In this document: in pieces, positions 13,360 through 25,623 of the stretch
How the letters are laid out: the number at the start of each line of letters is the position of its first letter
Numbering within the stretch: the stretch's first letter is position 1
Source of the DNA: Guillardia theta CCMP2712
Taxonomy: Eukaryota > Protista > Cryptophyta
Direction of reading: 5' to 3'
Assembly: GCF_000315625.1 (NCBI RefSeq)
Contig: NW_005434632.1
Span: forward strand, 157,901-221,900
Length of the DNA: 64,000 nt
The notes under the pieces: model-generated
What the model saw: the letters and a program-made list of their open reading frames with translations, nothing else
The model's database searches: none
Told to the model about the DNA's origin: nothing
Position numbers and translations under genes: made by a program

Positions 13360-14330
13360 AGAGCTCACACGAGGCGAGCACAGCAATCAGACTCGGCTCT
13401 TCTGACCCCTCGTCCTTCCTCTACCAGGCTCACGCGGCCTACAGGAGGATCAGCCTCTTCAGCTAGGACGGTCGCCGTTTCTCTCCTCACTAACTTTGGA
13501 ACGGGGCGAGCGGCATGCTCAGCGGCTAGCTGCCAGGCTGGATCGGATGGATTGCCCGCAGTGCCAGCCGCCTCGAATGGCGCGCCGCGGCACCGCACTG
13601 CACAGCGGCACGCCACTGCACTGCAGCAACTTACTGACCGGACTCGGATCATCCGAGACCCGCAAGCGGCGGGAGTCGCGGCCCGGCGGAGTCCGGGCCG
13701 GACTGGAATCGCCCGGCCCCGCAGACTTGGACTCCGCCGTCTGGCATTCAGATAGTCAGTGGCAGCAAAGTTCCGCCGCGGGTGACTGGGCCGGGCCGGC
13801 CGGCGTGACTCCGCGCGGCATGGCCCGGCCCGGGGGGGGGGCCACTGGGCCGGCCGGGGCCGGGGGGCGGTACGGTACGCCGGGTCCGAGCTTTTTACTT
13901 TGAAAGTTAAGTTAAAAATCAGTACGAGGACAATCAGCCGACGGTCCGAACTTCTTTGAGTAAAGTAGTTTTTTTGCCTGTCAGAGCCCGGCCGCCGCGG
14001 AGGCGCATCATTCCATTGCAATGCCCGGCCGCAGTCACTAAGTGAAGCAGTCCGATCCGTGGCACCGCCCCGGTACTCCGGTACTCCGGAATAAAATCGA
14101 GTCTGATCGAAAGAGATTGAATCTTTGCTGTCATTGTTTGCTCCATCACGATCGTGATCGGGACTCAAAGATCCGGTGTCACCGAGTGTCAAGACTCTTC
14201 AACGGCTTCAACGGTCCATCAAAAGTGTCTCCTTCAAGGCTTCAGAGGGTACTTTACTAACCCGACTATAGTAGTCGGATGGGGGGTGGGTCATGACTGG
14301 AAAGGGGGCGCCTGACGTAGAAGTCACTCT
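13360..14330. repeat. GC-rich island 3 with core motif (13891-13937) and an inverted partial copy (13954-13965)
   Basis: ctttttactttgaaagttaagttaaaaatcagtacgaggacaatcag followed by ctttgagtaaag, the reverse complement of ctttactcaaag. Confidence 0.75.
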
Positions 14331-14650
14331 ATGACTGTTTGCTCCTCCTCGCCTAGTCAACCTCTTGGTCATCTTCCCGTGGGCCGACCGAGCCTCCCGC
14401 CCCGTCAACATCAGTCTGAACTCCTCCCTCGACTCTCACGTCAGCAGCAGCAGCAGCAGCACAAGAAGCAGAAGGAGAAGAAAAGGAGGAAGAGGAAGAG
14501 GAAGAGGAAAGAGGACGAGGAAGACAAAGGAGAGGAGCACCTCAAGTCGCAGCGTCATTGTCATTGTCATTGTCATTGTCATCGTGATCAGATTGATTCC
14601 AGTTCGACTCACTGACTCGCCCTCTCTCGTACTCTGGTATATCGTCAAGC

Positions 14651-14944
14651 ATGTGCTCTAGTACAGCTGATTCCAAGAACAAACCTCCTCAGAGCTTTGT
14701 AGCATTCGCAGGCCTGACTGATGTGGATGAAGAATCCGGGGAGGCGGACTTCGTGTATGGAAGCTTAACGGATTCCTTCAACGTCGCCCTTCAGCCGGCT
14801 CATAGAAGCAGCACATCCTGTTGTAAGGGCCTCTTTGAGTCGACCTTGATTCCTGGATGCTGGTCGAGCAGAGCAGCCAGCAACTATGATCCCACTACCC
14901 GGCGTCTCTACAACAAGATCATCGCATGGGAGATGCTGAGCTAA
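14651..14944 (+). CDS. Small intronless orphan protein (97 aa), 'YDPTxRRLYN' family member B
   Basis: C-terminus PGCWSSRAASNYDPTTRRLYNKIIAWEMLS* is paralogous to 10987..11373. Confidence 0.65.
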   Translation: MCSSTADSKNKPPQSFVAFAGLTDVDEESGEADFVYGSLTDSFNVALQPAHRSSTSCCKGLFESTLIPGCWSSRAASNYDPTTRRLYNKIIAWEMLS

Positions 14945-15199
14945 GGCAGAGACCTGGATGAGGCAAGCTGAGATAGTAGATGCCTTGCTATCATGTCTTT
15001 GCTGGACGTCACGTGTAGAACATTTTCTTGTACATAGATAGACTGAGATTTTGTTTCTATTGCAGATAAGTAACATCTATTGTCAATAGGTATTTAAACA
15101 TCTTGTCAAACATTGGTCTTAGCGCTTTAGACATGGTGAACTGTACTCAAGACTTCTTTCGCTTCCTCCTCCTCTTCTTCTTCGTTGTACTTGACTCAC

Positions 15200-18100
15200 T
15201 CGCACCCCTACTTGCATGCTCTGATGTCAGTGACCATAGACCAAAGAAAGAAGTCAAAGTCACCTGTCGACCACCATTTCTCTTCTTCTGACTTCTTCTA
15301 AGACAGCATTCACGAAAACGGGCTCAATTTCATCTCCCGGCCTGCTGCACAGCTGTTGTCAGAATCCAGGTGCAGGAGAAAGACAAATCGAGCTTGATGG
15401 GGAGAATTTGGGAGCAAGGGAGAGGGATTGTAGACAGGGAAGAGGGGGAGGAAAGAGGGAGAAAAAGCGAAAAAGGAGGTGGAGAATGACAAGGCGGACA
15501 ACAGATCGCATTGTATCGTTGCTTGAAAAGGAATGGACGGGTAAAACGATTCACCGGACGACTTGCTCTCGCAAGTTTGCAACAACTTCTTTTTCTGTTA
15601 GCTGTCGACTGTTCCAAAAATATCATGAGCGAACTGTCATATGCATCAAATGCCGCATTCACCTGTGACCGGCGAGGACGTTCTCCACGACCTACTGAGA
15701 CTGTCAGGGAGGGTGGGAGGACAGCGGTAGTACACAAGACCTGCTGCATGTACACGTTTGACACGTCCTTCCATGGTTTGCACGGCTGCTTCTCAGCTTC
15801 AGGGCTGACAGCCGTTGAGCAGGAGGAGTAGGATTGACACATGCCCCTTGATACCCAGCATTCAAGTCAGCGACTCTGATGACTCTGAAAGCAATGGAGA
15901 GACAACCTGTGGATGTGATGGGATGTGAACTTGGGGTACAACACAATGGCCCGCCCCAGCCCGTTGACCTTTGGAACAGCGTGAGGAGAAACAAGAACAA
16001 CGTTCAAGACAACGATGCGATCGATGACTTGACTTGACATGATCTCGGAGCATGATGCCGAAACTGCAAAACAGTTGAGGCCGCATGTTCTGATTTCCTT
16101 CTCAGCCTACAGGCCACATCATGTGATGTAATCGTCAGACTTACAACGGACGTACCTGAAGACGAAGAGGCTGATCGTTGGAAGCAAACAATGTCAGCCT
16201 TGTCATCCAGGATCCTTGGACAGAACTCAAGTTGCAGATAGATGTTGTCTGCAGGAAGAACAATCATTTCCTGCGTTTCTCTCGCATCACCAGGATACAA
16301 TCTCAAGTTGTTTTGTCCTGATCTGTGAAATTTCTTGACCGTCAGTCTGCCACTCTGTCAAGATCAGGTGAACAGCAGCAAGAAAAGCATCACGAAAGCC
16401 GACTGCAGCCTGTGGTGTAGCAAGGCAGACAGGAGGGAACAGGTGGCACATTTCAAACTCTTTGCAACAGTTTGAATTCTATCAGTGAGTTTTTGCCTAT
16501 CCAGCTTGACGGTTGAGTTTCCTTTCCTGTCGCATCTGCGGACTAGAGTTAATCTCAATGAAAGTTCAACATCCGTTAACAGACAGGTTGGCTGGTAGCA
16601 GAGCATGTTGAGAAAGTGTCGGTGTGTCAAAGCTATTCGCAAGGCGACGAACGTCTTCAGAGTAAATCATGTTATGTTCGTCAAGATCACAGTGACATAA
16701 GTGGACCAGAATCATCAATGTAAGGAAGAGCAGGAAAGTTGTTTTTGTCTGTCGCTGTCAGTGTGTTTAGGGCCGTGGTGTGGTAATGCATCTGCAGTGA
16801 ATGTTGTCAGGGGTTCTGCTCAGAGCTGGAGACATCACTGATTACAATCTTGTCGACCCGAGGCAGGTCTGCCAGTATCGCCTTCAACTCAGTCTGGTTG
16901 GTCGCAGGGAACTTCTGCAGATGCCGGTCAGCTCTCATTCTAGTTCTCAACATGGGAAGACCCACATGGGTTGTCATTGGCCTCTTGCAAGTACATGCCC
17001 GAGACGCGTGAATGACGATGGGCAGGTGTTTGTTGGAACCTGCGGTGAGATCAGTGAAAGAGGAACAGTGAGGACGAGGTGGTCGGACAGAGAAAGATAG
17101 GAGCGATGAGCGACGATGCGTTGTTGAGCTCCTGCAGAAAAGAGCAAGTCACAAGGTACTACGTCTTATTTGTTACTCACAGAAGTCAATTCCGTTGCAA
17201 AAAGCACTTCTTGTTGGCCGCTGAAAGCAACATCTTCGAGCATGTCAGTCGTAAACCTCAATTCTCATCTCACTACCTTGCGAGCTGCATCTCTTGTTCT
17301 TGCACTGCGCACCCCAGGCCAAGAGGCCTCGGTGCCATGATTGTGACATAAGTTTGCGATCACTGACAACAGCTTTCTTCTGCGTGCTCGCCAGCATGAA
17401 AGAACTTTGCGGTGTAGCTTCAACCCAGACAGCTGTCACTGGCGACGGCGGCTTAGAGCAGATTGGAGGGCTCAAGAATTCCTCTACGTTTATACAGCAA
17501 TCTTGAGGAGATTGTTGGTCCGCAAACTCGATCGTTTGATTTCCACGACGGAGCACAACCAACATCTCAACGACGCTGCTTCTGTTCGCCACGGGCGACA
17601 CCTTTGCACTGGGTGCCTGGCCAGCTGGTTGGGAAGAGTTTGATACATTCTGACAGAGACCCTTGCAGAACAATCTCTCAAAGGTTGAAGGAATTGCGGT
17701 CTCAAAGCCTGGGGAGGAGAGGAAGAGCATCGACTCTTCCTTGAGCGCTCGGAGCATGCTTTCTGCCACGGCGCTCCACCTCGAGCGGTTCAAGAGGTTG
17801 TGGCATGCGATGGTCACAGTCTGGCAGGACTCGTCGCAATCAGAAGGCTTCCCTGCCATCCTCAGGGAGTAGGGGAATGTGGCCCCGACGATCTCCACTC
17901 GGTTCACCCAGGAAGACTTTGTCTTGTGATCGGAGCACATGTTGTTGGTGAGGTGTAGAAAATCTCTCCTGGTGATGTTGGAGAGAGACAGCGCATCGCT
18001 CGAGTTTGTTTCCTTCCCACTCTTCCTAGCCTTCTTCCCTGATGACGCGGTCTTGTGCTTAGCTAGAGCTTTCAGCCACAGGACTGTCTTATTGCGGATG

Positions 18101-19061
18101 ATCGGAACCATGAGCCTGCAGGCCTGGCATGAGATGTCGTCGGCGACTCTCTCCTGCTGTCTCTGCTTCTCAGCACAGTCGTCTCTCTTCTTCACACAGT
18201 CCATGAACTCGAAATTCCCATGGCAATCGAAGAAGTCGAACTGAGAACAAGGGATTGCCTGGAGGTCTTGTTGAGCTACATCTTGCGACTCAACATCCCT
18301 TTCAGCATGTTGCTTCACGCCCCTCCTTTGGTCGTCCACATTCACTTTTTCGTAGATGGCAGCAACCAGGTCTTCGTTCATAACCTCATTGCAGAACTCC
18401 ACTCCCTGTTCAACGCACCAATCGTGCACCTGCAGAGCTGTCATCTTGGTGACCTCAACATCGCAACAACATCACAACATTGAAGTTGCAAAGGAACAGC
18501 AAGAGTTGCAGGACGCAAAACAGCAAGAATGACCTTGGGGCCGAAGTCAAGGGCAGCCCGGTGCTCAAGGTTGAAGTCTTCTTTCTCGACAATTTCAGAG
18601 TGTTTGGAGTGATGATGGGGATCATGATGATGATGATGATCCTGGTTACGATGATGATCGACATGCTGATCATGCCGAGACGATTCTTGCTTGCTCGGAT
18701 CTTTCCTGCTGAACCAGTCCTTCATCTCACCGGGCAAGCATTCTTCCAGATGATTGTTGTGCTCCGAACCAATGGATGACAAGTGGCAGGAGTGAGAAGT
18801 CTGAATCTGAAACGTGATGTCTTTGCCGACATCCATGAGAGAATCTGATGGATTCATGTCACAATGACAATCAGGCAAGCTGCAAGTGCACTTAAAACCT
18901 CCGAGTGAAGGATTCCTCAAGATGAGCATGGCGGTGACAGAGCACGCGAGGATGCCATAGAAGGCTGTGCACCAGATGTAGCTGGACAGAAGATCTCTGG
19001 CCTTGTCTACGACGAGGATCAAACAGCCTGCCGGGAGAGGCAAAGGCTGTATGAGCTTCAA
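15200..19061 (-). CDS. Multi-exon hypothetical protein(s) with a saposin-B-like (Canopy/DUF3456-like) Cys pattern and a His-rich linker; boundaries unresolved
   Basis: ORF 17245..18444: ISCQACRLMV...NNMCS...CDESCQTVTIACHNLL...LFCKGLCQ; ORF 18441..19061 has HHHHHDPHHH; further exon-like ORFs continue toward ~15.2 kb. Confidence 0.45.
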
Positions 19062-19167
19062 TTGAGGGAGTGAGAGCGTTCAAACCTTGCAGCGAAGTGG
19101 ATAGGTGAGATCTCTTCTTGAATTTCTTCTGCAGCAGTCGGGCATGCTTATGTCAGTGGCGAGTACA

Positions 19168-19422
19168 TCATGAAATCATCGCAACCAGAGCTTCAGTCAG
19201 CTTGTCGTCGAGTTTGCCAGGCTCCTCGTTTGCATTCACCTCACATCGAAGAACTTCTGCAAGGAGACATCGAATCGAACCCAACCTGATGCCACATAGC
19301 GGGCAGTTGCCCCTGCCAAACTCTATCAAGAGAGGGGCTGACACCAATAAAGAACCGCACTTTTCCCCGCATCCTGCATGGCACACCTCGCACATCCAGT
19401 GCCCCTTGCTGAAACAGAGCAT
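19168..19422 (-). CDS. SINA/Siah-type RING finger exon(s)
   Basis: CFSKGHWMCEVC...NCPLCGIRLGSIRCLLAEVL resembles the Siah RING consensus C..GH..C..C...CP.C...LG.IR.LA.E. Confidence 0.5.
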   Translation of the reverse strand: MLCFSKGHWMCEVCHAGCGEKCGSLLVSAPLLIEFGRGNCPLCGIRLGSIRCLLAEVLRCEVNANEEPGKLDDKLTEALVAMIS

Positions 19423-20329
19423 GTCAGAAAAACATCGAGCCCTGATATTCAGGTGAGCGCTCTATGCGGGCATGTTCTTCCTCAATGGCACGAGATTCTC
19501 GATCTCCGGGAAAAGAAATGGCGGCTAAAACGATCCGCCGACAACGAACTTGACGAGACTCGCTGTATCACAGTATGGGCAATAACATGTTTCATGGTGT
19601 ACTAAACAATGTGGTGTATGGTGTTTCTCTCATAATACGGCGTCCTTCCCAACTTTCAAACACATTCCACACAGCTCTCACAAAAATGTGATGCAATCTC
19701 AACACCAAATCTCTGAAGGGTCTTGTCTTCCATCATTTCAAATGCAATACTTCATCGTAATACTCGTGATGAGAAGATCCTTTCCCCTCTCCTCTCTTCT
19801 TCTTACCTGCATTGCATAATCCGCCCGCTGCCCCCGCCGCACTGCAAGCATCGCCATATTTCCATCTTGACTCGGCTCAACCCACCCTGTTCCTACCACC
19901 CTCATCTACCCTCACCCCACCCCTGTTTCCCCGTCCAAGGAAACTTCAGTACCGGTGGTACAGAGCACTTGTATCACCCCTGCATGTTGTCACACTCCTC
20001 GTGAGCACCCCCTGTTGTTACTTTGTGAAATACTGGGTAGGGTGTTTTGATCTGGTTGGGTACTATCAAATCGCATTGGATGAACCGGGTATTGTAATAT
20101 TGATTTGTACGGGTACCATATTTAATTGAGGGGTAGTGAGTACTGAGGGTGGGGTATTTTTGAATTCGAGAATTCGGGTGGGGGTGGTCTGTATGAGGGC
20201 GCATCGACGAGCGCAGGGATCCATGGCGGACGCAGGGGAGAGAGCGCTTGAGGAGGAGCTGGCAAGGAAGAGAAAGAAGGTAAGGAAGGGAAGAAGAAAA
20301 AGGGAGGAGGGAGGGAAGACATGTATGAG

Positions 20330-20490
20330 ATAGAGACGGAGACGGAGACGGAGACGGAGACAGACAGACAAGGCAGAGACAGAGACAGAGACAGAGACAG
20401 AGACAGAGACAGAGACAGATAAGGCAGAGATAGACAAGGCAGAGATAGAGACAGACAGAGGCAGAGGCAGAGACAGAGACAGAGACGGAA
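20330..20490. repeat. (GAGACG/GAGACA)n hexamer microsatellite
   Basis: Tandem hexamers seen directly. Confidence 0.9.
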
Positions 20491-20913
20491 ACATTTCGGT
20501 GATGAAATGAAAAGATCGAATGATAGTGATGGTATCAATCACGGATTGAGGAGCATGTGGCAAGATGCTGGCGAGGAAACAAGGCCTTCCGCAGCATGAT
20601 TCATGTTGAAGCATGTTCGAGCAATCACGCACAGAAATCCTCGACATATTTCAATTAGCTGATCGGCCAAAGCAGTCGACATAACTGGTGAAAGACAGAA
20701 ATGTATGATAGGGGATCCTCCCCATCGCCATGCCTCGATGATCGCGAAATGTCTATGCTAAGAGCTCAAGCATAGCAAGCAGAATTCTAGCTAAATGAAT
20801 TAGTGACACTCAAGTGACCGAAAGGAGTAGAGCGAGTTTCATTCATAAGAAGAGCTGAGTGACCTGCTCTTGACTCCGACTCAAACAACCCTTGCTTCAG
20901 AATCGCTTCGGAG

Positions 20914-22752
20914 ATGAGTTTGGAAGAGTCGGCCGAAGGCGCAAGGGAGCCGGCAAGCACTACCAGGAGGAAGTGGACAGGCATCGAATTTAGAGGAGTC
21001 CATTGACCATGGCTGAGCGATGCTTCAGGTTCGATGACATGGATGATGGTGACGATGCGCCCAAGCAGAGGTGAAAACAACTGGGAGGCGGCTGCTCTAG
21101 GCTGATAGTAGAGCAGGCGCCGGGCCGGGGCGATGCAGTCCTCGATGAAGATGGGGCGAGAGCTCAAAGAGGTTTGGAGGGAAGAGATGGAGAGACCTTG
21201 TCTAATCTCCTTGCCCCAGGTTGAAAACGCTGCCGAAGACTGGGAACACAGTGAAGACAGCGAAGAAGAGGCTGAGCGAAGAAAGTGAGTTTTGCGTTGA
21301 TCTTGGAACTATGTCTTGTCCTTCGATTGACTCTTCCTCAAAGGTATGAAGAAGAAAGTGGAATCAGGATAGAGCCCTTCAACACAGTAATCCCCAACCC
21401 TGCTCTGTATCTTTCAACCCTAAACATAGACAAACAGGATATGGAGCGAGAAGAAGGTCATTTTGATGCTGCATCCGGCCACTATGTAGAAGATAAGTTC
21501 AAGATGTCACAAGTATATGTTTGAAGCACTTTGTTCGTTACTGAAAATTTTGCGTTAGAGAGATGCATGGCTCGATGAGGTCAATGACAAGTACGCACAT
21601 GGCCTACAAAAGCCTGTCGCGCGGAACAAAGAGGAAGAAAACGAGGACGACGAGATGGAAGAGGAAGTCGATCAACAGTCGTTGCTTAAGTAATCTGAAA
21701 CCTCAGCAACTTAATCGGGCTCTAATGATCTGCCAGGATCTTGTACGAAGCGCTCAAAGAGGGAGAGACAGTCGTTGCTTTCCTCCGCCGCATGCGAGCT
21801 GACAAGGAGAATCTTGGTAAATGACCTTCACGAAGATCCTGCTGGCAAATGATCGTGAGCTTGCAGAGTCAGAAGTTTTCAACAAGGTCACTGAGGCATC
21901 GGACAAACTTCTAGCTGGTACGTTCATCGCTCAAGGCTCCTTCATGCCTTGCCTTGATGATTCGACTGGCAGCTGGGTATCTGAATGTGTACTCGGACCC
22001 CCGAGAGAAGATTGCTCAAAGAATCCAGTTCGAGCAGCCAGCCGGTGACCTGATGCCGAGCTGTCGTGCTCGTGGTGATCCAGCTGCAGAGACGGAGGAG
22101 GTTCCTGACGATGGCCGGACGTGGGAGTACAAGATCCTCTCTGAAGATGTCAGTTCACTATGATCCGAATATCGCCATGCTGACCGGGACGCAGCAACAC
22201 TCAGCTCTTGCACAGCTGGACCCCAAGAAGATGTCCATCAAAGATCTGAGGGCTTACCTTGACTCCCAGGTCCTCCTTTTTCACGCTGCAATTTTGCGAG
22301 ACTGATTCAAGATAGGGCGTGTCTTACAAGGGAATTGTTGAAAAAGAGGATCTTGAGGCAAAAGCATCTCAGGTGTTGGACAAAGCGAAGAAGGTAACAA
22401 GGAGAAAAGTTTGTATTCTTGTGTTGAAAGTGTCGCAGATGCTTGATATGGTCTATGGACCCTTCACTACCTCTCAAATGAGGTACTTGTGTTTGGATGT
22501 AGTGCTGCGATTCCAACATCGAAGCTTCTTTCAGATCCTGGATCAAAAGTGGTTATTTTTCGGGCGAACAAGTAGCAATGATTCGGCAGGTAAGCGAAGA
22601 ACATCTTCTGAACTTCTCATCTCTTCTTTTTGCGCCCTGTTACCTTTGCTGATCAAAGCCTTAAATGATGTCATTGGCGTCAGGTGACGGACCCTCCTTC
22701 CGATTTCGTTCGAACAGATCGGGTTGACCTAGATGATCTGATTGCTTCATGA
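20914..22752 (+). CDS. CD2BP2: CD2BP2/U5-52K/Lin1-like GYF-domain spliceosomal protein, multi-exon (start approximate)
   Basis: GIRIEPFN..EREEGHFD..GHYV; DAWLDEV; ETVVAFLRRM; KVTEASDKLL.AGYLNVYS; GYF domain WEYK...VYGPFTTSQM..WIKSGYF...FVRTDRVDLD; stop at 22750-22752. Confidence 0.8.
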
Positions 22753-23019
22753 GCGAAAGCTGCAACAGCTTTATCAAATTTGTTGTGCTGCCTCTATTCT
22801 TGTATGCTCATCGAACATCTCAAATAGACTGCCTGCCCTCTATTCTGATGCATGAGTAACATCGACATGTCGAGAAAAGTAATCCTCTAATTGTTTATTT
22901 ACCAAAGAAATCAGATTCAAAAGAGTATTTCTGCACATTTTCTAAACTCTTATTGTTTGCCATCTGAAAGGTTTAATTTGAAGACACGCCCTGCCCCCTT
23001 TGCCTATAAACATTATTTA

Positions 23020-24111
23020 TCATGTTTCAACGTCATCGACAGTGTCTTCAGTATATTGACATCGGGCTGGCGATCGCATTGTGTTCAATCTTTCCAGGAT
23101 CCCCTTCAATCTCTCATCACCCTCAGCAGCCGAAAGGATCTGCAAGACTGGGATGTCGTACTCCTCGTTGGTCCTTGACAGCCGTCGAGCAAGCGACGCA
23201 GGGAGACTTTCTCGTCGCATCAGGCACTTGTTCGAAGGGGTTCGCTTCTTTGCTCCCTCCTCCTGGGTCTCCTCACTGTTGCTCTGAGGGGTGCAGGGGC
23301 AAGACGATGCCCTGTGGCCACATTCGAGCACTCCTTGAACTAGTCCTGTTGCTCCCTTGCAACTCTCCTCGCAGTAGAACTGATCTATCAGTTCCTTCGA
23401 AAGTGGAGGTACAACACAACACGACCTCCTACGCCCCATGACCTTTCTGTTTCCTTGGCCGACCTCAGGCGCAACACTCTGATGCAGAGGAGTCTGCTCA
23501 AGCCTCTGCTCCCTCGCTCCCTCCAAGTCGCGTGCATGGCCATGTCCCCCGTCAGCCACGTGTAAAAACCCTCGCGAGGTTGCGAGATCCAGTGCAAACT
23601 CGTTGCGAGCGAAAGTTTCACGATTCCGTGGAGAGCATACGGTTCTTCCCATGTGATGACAGTCACCCTGACTCATAAAATGGAAGTTTGAGCTGTCAGC
23701 CGCTAAGAACATTTTCTTCGATTCGATAGCTTCCTTACTTCACTGTGATGCTCATAATCCCACCAACCGATCACAATTATGTGCAGCTCCTTCACGAGGG
23801 GTTCAATCCCTTCTATCTGAGTGTGGTTTCAAGAAATTCCAGCCGGGTTCTGAGTTTGTTTTTCGACTGCAGCTGGTATGTTACACTATCCCACAAAAAC
23901 ACAGTTGTACAAGCGAAGGTGGCACGCGTATATCAGCGAACACAACCCAGATCTTGCTGCACTTTGATGGCCTCCTCTCTCTTGAACTCCTTGCGTGCGG
24001 ATCAAAATTTTTCCTTCCTCCCCTGCTCCTGCTCCTGCTCCTGCTCCTACTCCTGCTCCTACTCCTGCTCCTGCTCCTGCTCCTTGTGTCACTCCGTGAG
24101 CGCCTTTCCAC
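23020..24111 (-). CDS. Hypothetical multi-exon protein with N-terminal RS repeat
   Basis: ATG at 24111 then RSRSRSRS encoded by a (CAGGAG)n repeat; downstream exon-like ORF 23020..23712. Confidence 0.35.
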
Positions 24112-25623
24112 TGCTCGCTCTACAGTGATTACCCCTACCCCGTCAGAATCTTATTTGTAACCCCCAGGGACAAGAACACCGTATGTTGATGCGAGTACCC
24201 ACGATCTCGGAACACCCCCGTAGACATACGTTTCTGTACCCTACCCTAATAAAGACCTAGTTTTACCCGCACCCCTTCTTGACCGAAGAATTGCTATGGG
24301 AAGCATGGGGTACTAGGATACATTTCCTGTCTGATAGTCAATAAATAACCAAGTGTACCCACCCCCTCCCATCTTCCGACTTGTGACTTTCAAACCTACC
24401 CCTTAGGTTCAGCCCTATCGGTTGGTACCCTACCCCCCTCTAGTTGTTCAGGAGCCACCCCATTCTCAAGAGAGCCTCTTACGATCATCAAAAAAGTTTT
24501 TTTTTGAAAGACCGCACTTAGCTACTACCCCCGTGGTGATTGGTACCCACCCCTCATGTGAATGTTGACGCTTTGGGATGGTAGACCACCCTGACTACCT
24601 TCCATATACCTCAATAAGTACCCATCTAGAAGTACCCTTGGTAGTCCACACCCAGAAAACCAAGTACCCCACCACCTAATGCGATCTCGCAGTCATGTTC
24701 ACAGCACCTATTTCCTCACCTGCTTTGTCAGCCTCATGTCCTGACTGGACCCTACCTTCTTAGACCACCCCACCCCACCTAGCCAAACAGAACCCACAAA
24801 AATCCGTTTGGCCCCAGCCAGGCAGAGTCCCACATTGTAGTAACAGTACCCATACCCCTCCTACCCTCCTGTTGTAAACTTCGTATGCTATCCGTCATCG
24901 GAGCCGTGGTACCAGGGAAGAGTTTTTACTGGAGGGATTTAAAAAAACGGACTTGATTTTATGCTGGGGTGGGTAGGGGTACCTTTCTTACCACACACGT
25001 CGTAGTAAAGATGAAGAGAGTGATGACACACCTCATGAGCACTGACGAGCGTGATGAGGGGTAGTAAAATAAGGGGATACGGGGGTCATCGTCGGGTCAC
25101 GGTACATTAATGGAACCACCCACCCCACCCCCCATGGACGGTCTGTTCCCGTTGTATTTTATACAGTTCGACTCTTTTGAGGGTGCGGTGGAGGTCGGAA
25201 GGCGATAGGACCTGGCAAGAGGGCGGAGGGGTGGAAAGGTTGCGGAAGGGAAGGGGTGGGGGTGTTGGGGGGACGGAAGGGGCGGGGGCGGAGGGAGGGG
25301 CAAGAGGGAGAGGGAGGAGAACAAGAAAGCAGGTTTGCGCCAAGTGGGTTTAACAAGATGGATGGATGCTCTTGTTGTTGTGATGGGCTGCGTTGATTGC
25401 GATTGCTACTCATGAGCAACCTACCATAATTCTCCGTCTCTGACAATCTCTGCCTGCTAAGGCGGTGTGTATAAACTTTCTTTCTCTGCTTGTATGCCGT
25501 GATTGATCAACCTGCGACTCTTTATTTGAAGACAGACGTTAAGTGTTACTCGAATAAGTTGACAGTGTTAACGACAGCTGATCGTGCAAGGAAATCGAGG
25601 AGAGAAGGAGAGAGAGTCGATCT

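Noticed and set aside
13365-14192. 275-aa ORF and other ORFs inside GC islands (e.g. 36854..37369, 9782..10564)
   Set aside because: R/P/G/A-rich translations expected from stop-poor GC-rich DNA; no domain signatures.
20066-20647. ORFs with SVSVSV/LCLCLC/RDRDRD runs (also 4008-4581, 31277-31635)
   Set aside because: Translations of microsatellites.
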